A stretch of 64,000 nucleotides of DNA, taken from an uncultured virus (IMG/VR IMGVR_UViG_3300011883_000001). Lineage: Duplodnaviria; Heunggongvirae; Uroviricota; Caudoviricetes; Schitoviridae. The notes beneath the pieces are model-generated. The model saw nothing but the letters and a program-made list of their open reading frames with translations, had not been told where the DNA came from and searched no databases. Below are positions 18,112 to 28,800 of this stretch, in pieces. The position numbers and the translations under genes were made by a program. The stretch lies in the IMG/VR virus record IMGVR_UViG_3300011883_000001; one strand, 5' to 3'. Each line of letters starts with the position of its first letter. Positions within the stretch are counted from its first letter, which is position 1.

Positions 18112-20252
18112 AACCTTATGAACAAATGAAGTATCACCCAATGACGGAACAGATTGTTGACATTCTATGTGAACGATCACAAAACAAAGAGCGTATGTTC
18201 TTTCGTATTGCTTGTTCTTATTATTGGGGATTAATCACAGCGCAAATGCACAATAAGATTGTAGGCTGGGGAAGTACTCCTATCCCAGTAAACATCTATG
18301 CCATGAACCTAGCAGTATCTGGTTATGGTAAGGGTTTCTCTACAGGTCTTATTGAATCAGAAGTCATTCATAAATTTCGTCAGAACTTTATGGATAACAC
18401 GTTCCATCTTCAAGCTGAACAGAACATCAAATCAATTGCAGCGCACAAAGCACTACATAAGGGAACAACAGTAGATGACGAATTAGAACGTCTATACAAA
18501 GAGTTCAATAATGCAGGTGCCTTAATGTTCTCCTTTGATGAAGCCACATTAGCAGCTGTTAAACAGATGCGTCATAAGCTCTTATTAGGCGGAGCAGGTT
18601 CAGTTAATCTACAGGTAGACGAAGTAGGTGCTAAGCTCGTAAACCAAGAAGATGTACTAGCTGGTTTCTTAGAGCTGTACGACACAGGCAAGATGAAAGA
18701 TAAGTTGATTAAGTCTTCTGCAGACAATCAACGTGTAGAACGTATTGAAGGTCAAACTCCAGCAAATATGCTGCTCTTTGGTACACCATCTAAAGTATTA
18801 GATGGAGGACGTACACAAGAGTATCTGATGGAAATGCTAGAGATGGGTTATGCTCGCCGTTGTCACTTTGGTTATTCAACCAAGGTATCTAAAGACATGG
18901 AAACAGATGCACAAACTTTAGTACAGTTACTTACTTCTAGTAAGTCTAACCATGCACTCTCAGTAATCTCAGATCAGTTAGAACAGTTAGCTGATTTCCC
19001 TAACTTGGGTAAAGAGATTGAGATTCAACAAGATCAAGCTGTATACCTTATGGAATACAAAATTGATTGTGCTAGACGAGCTGAAACATTCAAAGACCAT
19101 GAAGCTGCTCTTAAAGCTGAAATGGAACATCGTTACTTTAAAGTACTGAAACTGGCTGGTGCTTATGCATTTCTAGATTACAGCCCTAACATTACTCAAG
19201 ATCACCTTGAGTATGCAATCCGTTTAACAGAGGATTCTGGTGAAGATTTCAAACGTCTAATGACACCAGAATACAACTATGAAAAGTTAGCAAAGTATCT
19301 GGCTGACCTTAATCAACCAGTTACCTTACCTGATCTGGAACATGACTTACCTTATTTCCGTGGCAGTAAGCAAAACAAAGATTACCTGATCGAGTATGCA
19401 ACTGCATGGGGATACAAGAATAATGTGGTATTAAAGAAAACCTTTGATAATAACATTATGTTTCTGTCTGCTGACTCTCTTGAAGAAACCAACCTAGATG
19501 AACTCATCATCAGTACATCTACGCGGTTATCTGAAGACTATGAGCCATTACGTGTTCCGTTCAAAGAACTTAACGTACTGGCAAGTAACAATCAGTATCA
19601 TTGGTGTAGTCATCATTTTAAAGGTGGTATCAGACGAGCTGAGAATGCACTACCAGCATTCAATATGTTAGTTCTGGACATTGATGGTACTCTTCCATTA
19701 ACTGTGGCTAAAGAGCTTTTAAACAAGTATCAAGCCATGTACTACACAACGAAATCACATACGGAAGAAGTAAATCGTTATCGTATTATTCTTCCTATTA
19801 ATTACGTACTTGAGCTAGATCGTGAAGATTACCGTCAGTGTATGGAAGCTGTACTGAAGACACTACCATTTGAGTGTGATCCTGCTACTGCAGATATTGC
19901 ACGTAAGTGGATGTGTAACGAAGGTGAGCTTTACGTGAACGAAGGTGAACTATTTGACATCCTTCCATTCATTCCAAACACCACACGTAATGCAGAACGT
20001 GAAGCTCAATTCCAAAGCCAAGCAGATCTAGACAATCTGGAACGTTGGGTACTGAACAATACAGGTTCAGGTAACCGTAATGATCAGATCTATAAATATG
20101 CAATGGTACTGGCAGATGCAGGTAAAGACTTGGAAGAGATTGGGAACTTGGTTCGTAATCTGAATGACAAGCTGGCTGATAAACTGACTGATGAGGAAAT
20201 CATGAGTACAGTCTTGAAGTCTGTATCTAATACAATGGCACGTAAGAAATAA
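18108..20252 (+). CDS. DNA primase (helicase-like N-terminus, AEP domain, PriCT; N4 gp43-like)
   Basis: SGYGKG, VLDIDG, TTKSH..RYR, GNRN. Confidence 0.88.
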   Translation: MKPYEQMKYHPMTEQIVDILCERSQNKERMFFRIACSYYWGLITAQMHNKIVGWGSTPIPVNIYAMNLAVSGYGKGFSTGLIESEVIHKFRQNFMDNTFHLQAEQNIKSIAAHKALHKGTTVDDELERLYKEFNNAGALMFSFDEATLAAVKQMRHKLLLGGAGSVNLQVDEVGAKLVNQEDVLAGFLELYDTGKMKDKLIKSSADNQRVERIEGQTPANMLLFGTPSKVLDGGRTQEYLMEMLEMGYARRCHFGYSTKVSKDMETDAQTLVQLLTSSKSNHALSVISDQLEQLADFPNLGKEIEIQQDQAVYLMEYKIDCARRAETFKDHEAALKAEMEHRYFKVLKLAGAYAFLDYSPNITQDHLEYAIRLTEDSGEDFKRLMTPEYNYEKLAKYLADLNQPVTLPDLEHDLPYFRGSKQNKDYLIEYATAWGYKNNVVLKKTFDNNIMFLSADSLEETNLDELIISTSTRLSEDYEPLRVPFKELNVLASNNQYHWCSHHFKGGIRRAENALPAFNMLVLDIDGTLPLTVAKELLNKYQAMYYTTKSHTEEVNRYRIILPINYVLELDREDYRQCMEAVLKTLPFECDPATADIARKWMCNEGELYVNEGELFDILPFIPNTTRNAEREAQFQSQADLDNLERWVLNNTGSGNRNDQIYKYAMVLADAGKDLEEIGNLVRNLNDKLADKLTDEEIMSTVLKSVSNTMARKK

Positions 20253-20280
20253 CAACGTTGCACGTTGTGGTGTGATCAAT

Positions 20281-20308
20281 AGAGAGTGGAAACACTCTCT
20301 TTTCCTTT
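20281..20308 (+). terminator. Hairpin/terminator
   Basis: AGAGAGTG-GAAA-CACTCTCT-TTTCCTTT. Confidence 0.7.
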
Positions 20309-20320
20309 GAAGGTAAAAAC

Positions 20321-20443
20321 ATGTTAGATAACCCAAATGATTATATGGTACTCATTGGAGGAGAATCAGGTGCAGGTAAGTCTGCTTCACTGATGAACCT
20401 TAAAGACCAACCAGGTGTACTATATTTAAATTGCGAAGCAGGT
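20321..20443 (+). CDS. Sak4-like AAA ATPase (N4 gp44-like), exon 1
   Basis: 41 codons MLDNPNDYMVLIGGESGAGKSASL...YLNCEAG containing Walker A; in-frame TAA follows immediately. Confidence 0.9.
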
Positions 20444-21406
20444 TAATTTTAGCCTGATGCTCCAGTGATGGAGACATGAGAATCTATTGAAATGCTGGAA
20501 AGCCCTTAGAGCCTACATATAACCATAAGGTGATGAACAAGCTGTAGGATTGGGTAATCAGCAGGTAAGACACTAAAGGAATCACAAACAACTTCCATAT
20601 TTATAAATGGTAGTATAAACTGAACCAGAGTTAAGATTAAGGAATGTATATGCAAGACTACATTGAAGACACTGAATCAGGTATCTACCGTATTACTCAT
20701 GATGGACGTGTATTCACACAATCCAAGCTTAAAATAGCAATCGTAGGTAAAGGTATGGAATTTACGGGACAGTTTAAAGAAATCTTAAAACCAGAAAGAG
20801 AATTAAAGTATGCATTAAATAATAGAGGTTATTACTCTGTTGGTATACGAAGAAAGACTCATATGGTTCATAGATTAGTAGCGCAAGCCTTTATACCTAA
20901 TCCTGATAATAAACCGTTTGTGAATCACAAAGACGGTAATAAACTAAACAATCATGTTGATAACTTAGAATGGTGTACATGTGCGGAGAACAACGCACAT
21001 GCTCGTGAAACTGGCTTACATGTACAAGCCAAAGGTTATACACCAAACTATCAATCAGCAGCAACTAAAGCTAAATCGTTAGCAAATCTGAAAGATAAAT
21101 CTGCATTAACAGATGATCAGGTCAGGTATGTTCGATCAGTATTTAAACCAAGAGATAAAGAGTTCAGTGCTACAGCATTGGCTAAACAATTTGGTATAAG
21201 TACAGCAGCTATGTGTAAGATTGTTTCAGGTCAGACTTACCAAGATGTAGTGTAAACCTCAACGACTATCCGAAAGGAGTAGGGGTAAGTACCCCGAAGT
21301 GGTAGACCCTGGATTACCAGGTGAAGATATAGTCTGATCTTACGTGAAAGCGTAAGCAGCTTGGATAAAGCGGGGAGAGACTAACGACCTCTCCTGAACA
21401 TAAATG
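20444..21406 (+). mobile_element. Group I self-splicing intron (IA2-like), 963 nt, with an HNH ORF in P6
   Basis: P1 CAGGU/GCCUG with U-G at the 5' splice site; P AATGCTGGAA (20491), Q AATCAGCAGG (20556), R CTCAACGACTA (21258), S AAGATATAGTCT (21324); P7.1 and P7.2 hairpins; terminal G 21406. Confidence 0.93.
20644..21255 (+). CDS. Intron-encoded HNH homing endonuclease (start possibly 20650)
   Basis: VHRLVAQAF..VNHKDGNKLNNHVDNLEW..N..H; C-terminal HTH-like segment. Confidence 0.92.
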   Translation: MYMQDYIEDTESGIYRITHDGRVFTQSKLKIAIVGKGMEFTGQFKEILKPERELKYALNNRGYYSVGIRRKTHMVHRLVAQAFIPNPDNKPFVNHKDGNKLNNHVDNLEWCTCAENNAHARETGLHVQAKGYTPNYQSAATKAKSLANLKDKSALTDDQVRYVRSVFKPRDKEFSATALAKQFGISTAAMCKIVSGQTYQDVV

Positions 21407-22021
21407 AAGAGATTACCTTTCAAACATAAGTTTGAAGCTGTCACGATTACAGACCCAAACCAAATCTATGAAGCATTCATGTATGCTGACTCAGATGACG
21501 GTAAACATATCCATACAGTTGTTATTGATACTGCATCATTCTTAATGGATATGTATGAATCCAATATCGTACTTAAAGCTCCAGACACACGTACAGCTTG
21601 GGGAGGATATGCTCAGTACTGGAAGAACTTAATGCAACAGTATGTAGCAGGTACTACCAAGAACGTTATCATCCTAACCCATATTGCTGAATACCTAGAT
21701 GAAGATACAGGTACTAAACGTATCCAAGCTCCTGTTAAAGGTGCTTTATCTCGTACAGGTATTGAAGCATTCTTCTCTGTTGTAGTGAACGCTAAGAAGG
21801 TTCCAGTAGCTACTCTGGAGAAAACTCCAAACGAATATCTACATATTACAGATGAAGATCGTGCTCAAGGCTTCAAGCATGTATTCCAAACCAAGGTTAC
21901 AGCGAAGACTACAGCAGAACGTATCCGAGGACCGTTAGGTATGTTCGGACAAGATGAAGTCTACATTGATAATGATGTACAACAACTTCTTGATATTCTG
22001 CATAAATACTATGAAGATTAA
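21407..22021 (+). CDS. Sak4-like AAA ATPase, exon 2 (spliced product 245 aa)
   Basis: KRLPF continues ...NCEAG; Walker B VVIDT; ILTH; GIEAFFS. Confidence 0.9.
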   Translation, partial: KRLPFKHKFEAVTITDPNQIYEAFMYADSDDGKHIHTVVIDTASFLMDMYESNIVLKAPDTRTAWGGYAQYWKNLMQQYVAGTTKNVIILTHIAEYLDEDTGTKRIQAPVKGALSRTGIEAFFSVVVNAKKVPVATLEKTPNEYLHITDEDRAQGFKHVFQTKVTAKTTAERIRGPLGMFGQDEVYIDNDVQQLLDILHKYYED

Positions 22022-22045
22022 GCTTTAATTTAATCTGATGGTTTT

Positions 22046-22582
22046 ATGAAAAGAAATCGTAAAGACTTTACTTGGGCAGAACTAAATGAACTGCTCAAGT
22101 ACAATCCAACAACAGGACAGTTAATTTGGAAGACGAATAAACACTCCAAGTCTATTGTTCCTGGTACTGAAGCAGGATGCATAAATAAAGCAAATGGTTA
22201 TAGAACTATTAGCTTATTTGGCTTATCCTACCCAGCTCACCACATTGCTTGGTTTATGTATCATAAGGATTGGGCAACTCACCAATTAGATCATATAAAC
22301 CAAGTACGTAGTGATAATAGAATCTCTAACTTACGTGAAGTATCCATTGCTGAGAATGCAAGAAATAGATCTCGTAGGGTAGGTACAACAACTGGTGAAC
22401 ACGGCATATGGTTTGATCGTAGACGTTACAAGTATGTAGCTGAGATCACTATGAACGGTAAACGTGTTTACCTAAAACGGTTTGACGATATTGATGAAGC
22501 AGTTGCTTCTAGAGAAGCCAAACTTAAAGAGCTAGGATTCCATGATAACCATGGATCTATTAAACAAAACACAGGAAATTAA
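22046..22582 (+). CDS. Free-standing HNH endonuclease with an AP2-like C-terminal domain
   Basis: YNPTTG, AHHIAW, LDHINQVRSDNRISNLR; KYVAEI..GKRVYL..F. Confidence 0.9.
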   Translation: MKRNRKDFTWAELNELLKYNPTTGQLIWKTNKHSKSIVPGTEAGCINKANGYRTISLFGLSYPAHHIAWFMYHKDWATHQLDHINQVRSDNRISNLREVSIAENARNRSRRVGTTTGEHGIWFDRRRYKYVAEITMNGKRVYLKRFDDIDEAVASREAKLKELGFHDNHGSIKQNTGN

Positions 22583-22586
22583 TCAA

Positions 22587-23285
22587 ATGTCATTATTCGG
22601 TAAAGGTTATTCAGACAAAGCTCAGAAACCAACAGACTTTCAAAAACGTACTTTAGATACTGATGTGTATCCAGGTATTATTAAGATGGCTTTCGTTGGT
22701 CAGTCTGCAGGTGGAGCTGCTAACGTTACCTTAGAAGTTAAACTTGATAATGGTAAAACATATAAAGAAACTATCTACGTAACTAATCGTCAAGGCTCTA
22801 ACACATACGAAAAAGATGGAAAGGAATTCTACTTACCTGGTTTCTTAACTGTAAACCAAATTGCATTATTTGCTACAGGTAAAGATCTGTTTGAACTTGA
22901 AGAAGATCTGGAAACTCGTACAGTGAAGATCTACGACTTCCAAGCAGGTAAAGAAGTAGCTCAAGATGTACAAGCTATTATTCCTCTGATTGATCAACCA
23001 GTTCTCATTGCTATTGAAGAATACGAAGATGTGAAGAAAACTAAACAAGGTAATGAGTACGTAGCTACTGGTGAAATTGCTATTCGTAACCAAATTCAGA
23101 AAGTCTACCATCCTGAAACACGTCAGACTTATGTAGAAGCGTCTGAAGAGAAAGAAGCTACTCAGCTTGATTCTTGGTTAGCAGACAACAAAGGTAAGGT
23201 ACGTAAACTGAAATCAGCTACTGAGTCAGCAAATACCAATACAGTAACTAAACCTACTTCATCTGGTTTATTTGGTAAGAAGTAA
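22587..23285 (+). CDS. Single-stranded DNA-binding protein/late activator (N4 gp45-like)
   Basis: YLPGF, VKIYDF motifs, C-terminal GLFG; synteny after gp44. Confidence 0.85.
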   Translation: MSLFGKGYSDKAQKPTDFQKRTLDTDVYPGIIKMAFVGQSAGGAANVTLEVKLDNGKTYKETIYVTNRQGSNTYEKDGKEFYLPGFLTVNQIALFATGKDLFELEEDLETRTVKIYDFQAGKEVAQDVQAIIPLIDQPVLIAIEEYEDVKKTKQGNEYVATGEIAIRNQIQKVYHPETRQTYVEASEEKEATQLDSWLADNKGKVRKLKSATESANTNTVTKPTSSGLFGKK

Positions 23286-23301
23286 TTCTTGCATCTAGAA
23301 C

Positions 23302-23329
23302 AAGGGACTTATATAGTCCCTTTTCTTTT
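23302..23329 (+). terminator. Intrinsic terminator
   Basis: AAGGGACT-TATAT-AGTCCCTT-TTCTTTT. Confidence 0.8.
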
Positions 23330-23351
23330 CACTCAATTTAGAGCATAGATC

Positions 23352-23657
23352 ATGACTGAGCAAAACCAAGATTTAAACCAAGAAACATTAACTAAAATCA
23401 CTGATGTACAAGAGATGGGAAATGTTGTAACTACCTGGCATTACAATGTGCTAAGCCAAATTGCTCATGTATTACAGATGCCAGAGGATGCTGGTATTGA
23501 TATCCCTACAGGTGAGGTAGATGAGAACGATGAACCAGTTTACATTGACGGTAATGAAGATCATAAAACTGGGTTCCTTGTTGGTATGCAATATGCATTA
23601 GAACTGTTAAGTACTTTCCCTATTAAAGGACAGCCAGTAGAAGATGAGCAACAATGA
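23352..23657 (+). CDS. N4 gp46-like protein
   Basis: WH...H..MPE...GFxxG...FP pattern; synteny. Confidence 0.7.
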   Translation: MTEQNQDLNQETLTKITDVQEMGNVVTTWHYNVLSQIAHVLQMPEDAGIDIPTGEVDENDEPVYIDGNEDHKTGFLVGMQYALELLSTFPIKGQPVEDEQQ

Positions 23658-23862
23658 TCAAATTGCTCAAGTTACTCTTGAGCATATTCGAACACTTGAA
23701 ACAGATCTGAAGCAAGGTATGTATTCAGGACTTTATCGTGACTTCTCTCTGGCTTCTTTAGAAGAGCTTCAAGAATTACGTTATGGTTTAACTACTTATA
23801 TTGATAAACTTGAACAATCATTTAAACGTTCTGGTTTTAATATCAATGGGAAATCATCTTAA
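23644..23862 (+). CDS. Hypothetical protein
   Basis: Overlapping ORF coupled within the operon. Confidence 0.65.
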   Translation: MSNNDQIAQVTLEHIRTLETDLKQGMYSGLYRDFSLASLEELQELRYGLTTYIDKLEQSFKRSGFNINGKSS

Positions 23863-24382
23863 AGTAGTTGGCTTAGATCCTTCATTCAGACATTGGGGTG
23901 TAGCTTTAGGCTACATCTCAAAAGATACAGGTCAGTTGACCATTGACCAGCTTCATACCATTACTACCCAACCATATACAAAATCTAAACTAAGTAAATC
24001 TTCATGGGATATTTCACAAGCAGCTATTCTATATGAAGAGGTTAACAGACTTGTAGATGGCGCAGACATCATTTGTATTGAAGTTCCTTATGGAAGTCAA
24101 GATGCAAAGTCTGCATTGGGTAGAGGTATCTGCTTAGCAATCTTATCCACACTCAAAGCTAAGCATACAGTTTATGTAACTCCACAAGCGAGCAAGAAGA
24201 TACTTGGTGATAGTAAGGCAACTAAAGCTGATTCTGTTCGTTGGGCATCAGAGAGACATCCTGAAGCTCCGTGGAAGTTACATAATAAAAAACTAAGTGT
24301 GGAAGCAAACAACCACTGTTCTGATGCAGTTGTAGCTATATACGCTGCAGCAGAGCAAGTGGACTTTTCTAAATTTATTTAA
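23846..24382 (+). CDS. RuvC-like Holliday junction resolvase
   Basis: VVGLDPS, CIEVP, HCSDA acidic triad. Confidence 0.85.
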   Translation: MGNHLKVVGLDPSFRHWGVALGYISKDTGQLTIDQLHTITTQPYTKSKLSKSSWDISQAAILYEEVNRLVDGADIICIEVPYGSQDAKSALGRGICLAILSTLKAKHTVYVTPQASKKILGDSKATKADSVRWASERHPEAPWKLHNKKLSVEANNHCSDAVVAIYAAAEQVDFSKFI

Positions 24383-24393
24383 GGATAAGCATC

Positions 24394-24846
24394 ATGCAAA
24401 TCAAAACACAACTAGAAATTAAACTATCTCAAGATGACATTAACCAAGCTATCGTACGTCATCTAGCTCAGCACGGTTATAACATGACCCCTGAAGAAAT
24501 GGATGGTATCAAGTATGTGAATACTCGTTCTGAAGGGATTACTGCAAACTTAACAGTAAGTAATGAGCAGGATACTGCTGTAGATACTGATGTAAAAAAG
24601 TCTGTAAAGACCCAGGAAGAACCTGAACCTGAACCAGAATATACTGATCCAGTAGATCCTGCAGAAGATGAAGTTATTGAAGCTAATTCTGTAGAAGATG
24701 TAATGCCATCTATTGATGAGATTGCAGCTACTCAAACTAGCTCAGTACTTGATGAAGTCATTGAAGGTGATGCATCTAATGAAGAAGAAGCAGCAGCTCC
24801 AGTGAAAGAACGTAAGTCATTATTTGCAGGAGCTAAACGCTTCTAA
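24394..24846 (+). CDS. Acidic hypothetical protein
   Basis: AAGGA RBS; C-terminal KSLF. Confidence 0.8.
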   Translation: MQIKTQLEIKLSQDDINQAIVRHLAQHGYNMTPEEMDGIKYVNTRSEGITANLTVSNEQDTAVDTDVKKSVKTQEEPEPEPEYTDPVDPAEDEVIEANSVEDVMPSIDEIAATQTSSVLDEVIEGDASNEEEAAAPVKERKSLFAGAKRF

Positions 24847-25028
24847 TGAACGACTGGTTAACAGTAGTCAAAGGAATAGCCGTTATAGCTTTAGCTGTAG
24901 CGGCTTTCTTCGTAATTAAAGCAGCTATAGTAATCCTGGCTGTAATACTTGCAGTAGTAGTAGCTATATGGATTGTATGGCTAATATGTAAATCAACAGA
25001 GGAAGAGGATGATGATCAATCTACGTGA
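24846..25028 (+). CDS. Small membrane protein
   Basis: Long hydrophobic stretch, acidic tail; TAATG coupling. Confidence 0.7.
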   Translation: MNDWLTVVKGIAVIALAVAAFFVIKAAIVILAVILAVVVAIWIVWLICKSTEEEDDDQST

Positions 25029-25215
25029 TGCACTAGCCTTAATGAAACGTGGAGACACCAAAGACCTGTTCCACAATAATGTACTTATTCAGATTGTCTT
25101 TGATTATTCAGGAACATTTGCTATTGATGTATGTGATCCTGAAACCAAAGATAAGATTACACATTACAGCTCTAAATCCCTTAAAGAGTGTGTAGCTTTC
25201 CTAGAACGTTTTTAA
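25009..25215 (+). CDS. Hypothetical protein
   Basis: GAGG RBS; ends before a terminator. Confidence 0.7.
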   Translation: MMINLRDALALMKRGDTKDLFHNNVLIQIVFDYSGTFAIDVCDPETKDKITHYSSKSLKECVAFLERF

Positions 25216-25246
25216 AAAAGAAACCCCCCATTTAGGAGGGTTTTTT
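25214..25246. terminator. Bidirectional terminator at the middle/late junction
   Basis: A-run, AAACCCCCC..GGAGGGTTT, T-run. Confidence 0.7.
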
Positions 25247-25259
25247 AATTCTAGCTTAT

Positions 25260-25691
25260 TTAAACAGTATCTTCTTCCAAGGTATAGGATTTAATGATAG
25301 GAGCAACATGTGGGTTATGTTTACGAATTTGATCTAGATATAAACCATTTTTATCAAACACTTCAGCTACTAACTCTTGAGTCTCATTCATTTTATTAAT
25401 GAGCATCTGATAATGTTCAATCTGCTCAGTAGTTAAAAACTTACCTTGAGTAAGTGTTTCTTTCATATGGTTTACAGAGAATACTGGAATATAAATTTCT
25501 AACCCAGATGCTTCAATAATTTCTGTATGGAATTCTCCTTCTGCAAAAGCATCATCTTTTACACAACCAAAGTAATGTTCTTTAAGAACATAAGGCTGTA
25601 AACCAGTAACACTACTTAAGTGAGCTACAGAGAATAAGATTACGTTTTCATGGTTGCGTTTAAATGACCAACCATTCAGAATATCAATCAT
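25260..25691 (-). CDS. Hypothetical protein in its own transcription unit
   Basis: AAGG RBS; flanked by terminators; own promoter. Confidence 0.75.
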   Translation of the reverse strand: MIDILNGWSFKRNHENVILFSVAHLSSVTGLQPYVLKEHYFGCVKDDAFAEGEFHTEIIEASGLEIYIPVFSVNHMKETLTQGKFLTTEQIEHYQMLINKMNETQELVAEVFDKNGLYLDQIRKHNPHVAPIIKSYTLEEDTV

Positions 25692-25723
25692 GGGAATGAC
25701 CTTGTTAAGTTTGTGGTGAATTT

Positions 25724-25755
25724 AATATAAGGTTTTAATTTTACTTAGTAAAATT
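25724..25755 (-). promoter_or_regulatory. Sigma70-like promoter TTTACT-17-TATATT overlapped by a perfect inverted repeat
   Basis: -35 at 25752-25747, -10 at 25729-25724; AATTTTACT-T-AGTAAAATT at 25737-25755. Confidence 0.6.
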
Positions 25756-25769
25756 GCTAATTCCGATAC

Positions 25770-25804
25770 AAAATAAGAATCCCCTCATGTAGAGGGGATT
25801 TTTT
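25770..25804. terminator. Terminator downstream of the vRNAP gene (bidirectional shape)
   Basis: AAGAATCCCCTC-ATGTA-GAGGGGATTTTT. Confidence 0.8.
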
Positions 25805-25818
25805 ATTCTTGGGCTTAC

Positions 25819-28800
25819 TTAGAGCACAGATCCTAGTAACTGTACTGGGATTGGTTCACCAAGAGCATCAGGAAGAATCAGAGCACCATCACGTAAAGGG
25901 AATCCCATCTGATTCCATACAATAGGATCAATACCAAATGGGATATCTGTACCATGATGCATCACCAGAGCTTGTAGTAATGCACGTGCAGGTTTACGCT
26001 CTAACAATCTGAATAGTGCTTTCTGAATACGAAGATTATATTTCGTAAACATCACAATACCCATATCGTTAAGATACTGCATACCTTTACTTGTAGGCAT
26101 ATCATAGTTAATGAAGTTATCACTAGCCATCTTGATTGCCTTATCATGGCTTAGCTTATCCTTCGCTGTATTGGTGTAGTACTTGTACATTACATACTTA
26201 GCAGTGAAGTCTGATAGTTGTGTAGTGTTGTTCAAGAACTCATACAACGGAGTATTAGGAGAAACCATCATATACTCTGCAGTTCTGCGTAATGGTTTAG
26301 GAATCTTGTTTAACTGTTTCTCAAACTTACGTTCCAGAGCAGATTTGAAACCATAGTCATCATCAGCATTCATAGCTACATCATCTACAATGCTTGGTAG
26401 CATCCCTTCATTGATGAACTCAGATAGAGGGTTACGAGCAATAGATTGTTCTAGTCGCAGTACCTCTTGTTCCAATTCAGCTTTATTACCTACACCTGTA
26501 TACAGCATTTGACGTTTAGCTGTCAGCAATGCAGAATCCTTACGGTGTTGTAAACCAGCACGAACAGCAACAATAGAATCCTTCATGATATCTGTCAGTG
26601 AAGCACCATGAGCCTGTAACAAGAATGTATTAGACAAGATATTCATTACCAGCGTACGAACATTACGAATAACGATTATGTTCTTTGATACTGCTACAGC
26701 TTCCTGCATACCACGTTCAAAACGAGAACCATAAGTACGAGCATTGGACTGGAACAATATTTTAAACACTGTGGTGTACAGTTTCTCGTACAAGTTCTGA
26801 TCTGAACGTTCTTTATCAAATCCTTGCATCACAGAATACTTCTGGAAACCAAAGACAGGTAACAGTACATCTTTAGGAACATACAACTTACGTTCACCCA
26901 TCTGAGACTGAATATAATCACGAGTCTCTTTAGGGAGTAAGTCCCACATCTTACGTAGCTCAGGATCACTAGACTTATGACTTACCTCTAAATACTTACG
27001 AGGATTCTTGTCATGGTTTGTATTGTATTCCTGGACCAGAGCATCTACGACTAGCTTGTTTGTTTCAGGTACAGTCATCTTGTTGAAGTTAGTAGCAGAG
27101 TACAAACCAATTAGTTCAGAGAAGTCATTATTACGTTGTAGTAATACATCACGAGAAGCTCCAGACATCTCATAAGAGAAACCAGAGATATTACCTTCCA
27201 GATCATACTGAGGGATTAATGCAGAAGCCTCAGCATCTTTGAAAGGATCGTAAGCAGTATCCTTATAAGCAGATTGTTTAGTTTGAATACTTGGCAGGAT
27301 TTGCTGAACTGCTACTTTTACTGGAGTACCTTTAGGATTCTTACTTACCAGTTCTAATGCACCAGATACTAGTCTGGTTTGACCTGCATCTTCAGATAAG
27401 AACATACGTACTGTTTGTCCTTGAACCAAGGTATTAGGTTCTAGAGATTTCACTTCACGGAAATACTGATTCTTCAGTTTAAGAGCTTCTTCCTCAGTAG
27501 TAGCAAACTTGATCTCATGATGTGGATTAGTAATCTCAGGTACAAAACCTTTGGTTACTGAAAGAGGATTCTCTTTGAATAACTCATCACGTGCTTCAGA
27601 AGCTAGACCTGCATGGAACTTCAGTAAAGTATCAATACCGTTGATATCTCCTGATACTTCCTCAGCCATTACTTCCTTGATCAACTCTTTCTCTTTAGCA
27701 GGTGTGTATTGGATTGCATACAAAGAAACCAATTGATCTACAAGTTCAACTACCTGGGTATTTACCTTGTCTTGAGGGATCTTATGCTTTGTTCCTGCGT
27801 GCATAGCAATCAAGGTAGCATTCTTAGCTAGGTCATTATTCTTAGCACCTAAACCAGTTATCATATAACGAGCTAGATCTTCACTACGTCCGATTAGGAC
27901 ATGAGCATTTACATCCAAACCTTTCAATTGAGTTTCAATTGTTTTGATTTTAGCTCGTAAGAATGTAGGGGTGTTATAAGCATTCTGGATTTCTTGTACA
28001 GACATGAAACCAAGAAGACTCTGTACATCTGCTTTCATTACATAACTCAAAGCTTCTTTTTGTGGACGAGTTAAATCCTTACCTCCATTCTTGAAAGTAC
28101 TCAAAATATTCTTAATGGTTTGCTCTTTAAGCTGTTCTTTGGTTTGAGACTGTAGCTTCACATGACGCATCAGCTTTTCAATCACATCCTTGAACGGAGA
28201 ATTCTCTGCAATCTCATTAACCAGTTCACCCCAGAAACCAAGCTTACCTGTACGAGACATGAATAACTCTTTACCGTTATCCAGACGGTTCATTAAGTTA
28301 CCTCGTGCAGCTTCAGCTGTGATATCTGCAGCAAGACCTACATATGCATTCTTACTATCACTAAGTTTAGAGTCATCAATTTTCTCAGCTAGTTTATTAC
28401 GACCTGCTTTGATCTTCTCATCAACATAGTTATCAGCTTTAGCTAACTGTTCTTCAATCTTATTGGTAATGAAGTTACGGTGTTTGAGATCTACCTTCGC
28501 TAGATTCTTCACAACAGATTGAGTACGTTCACCTAGCTTCTGATTAGCCTTAGCACCAACAAACATTAAACCAATGTTCTCAAGAGCCTGGTTAATGAAC
28601 TGAACAAGCTGTTCATACATATTGTTTGGTTTAGACTGGTCCTTCTCAGGACGTACATTCACTGTATTGAATACAGATTCATTACCTAGAACCATACTAG
28701 TAAAACGAGCCAGATGATCACCATTGGCTGTAATCTTAAACAGGTAATTCCATTTAGCTTGAGCTGCTTGCTGTTCCTGTGGAGTAGCTGTAGACCAGTC

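Noticed and set aside
20432..20440. TGCGAAGCA, the reverse complement of the vRNAP promoter core
   Set aside because: It encodes conserved C-E-A in exon 1 and lacks the CC at the spacing seen in all four real promoters
21404..22021. Stand-alone 205-aa gene starting at ATG 21404
   Set aside because: No RBS and no Walker A; the ATG is the intron's 3' end, so this is exon 2
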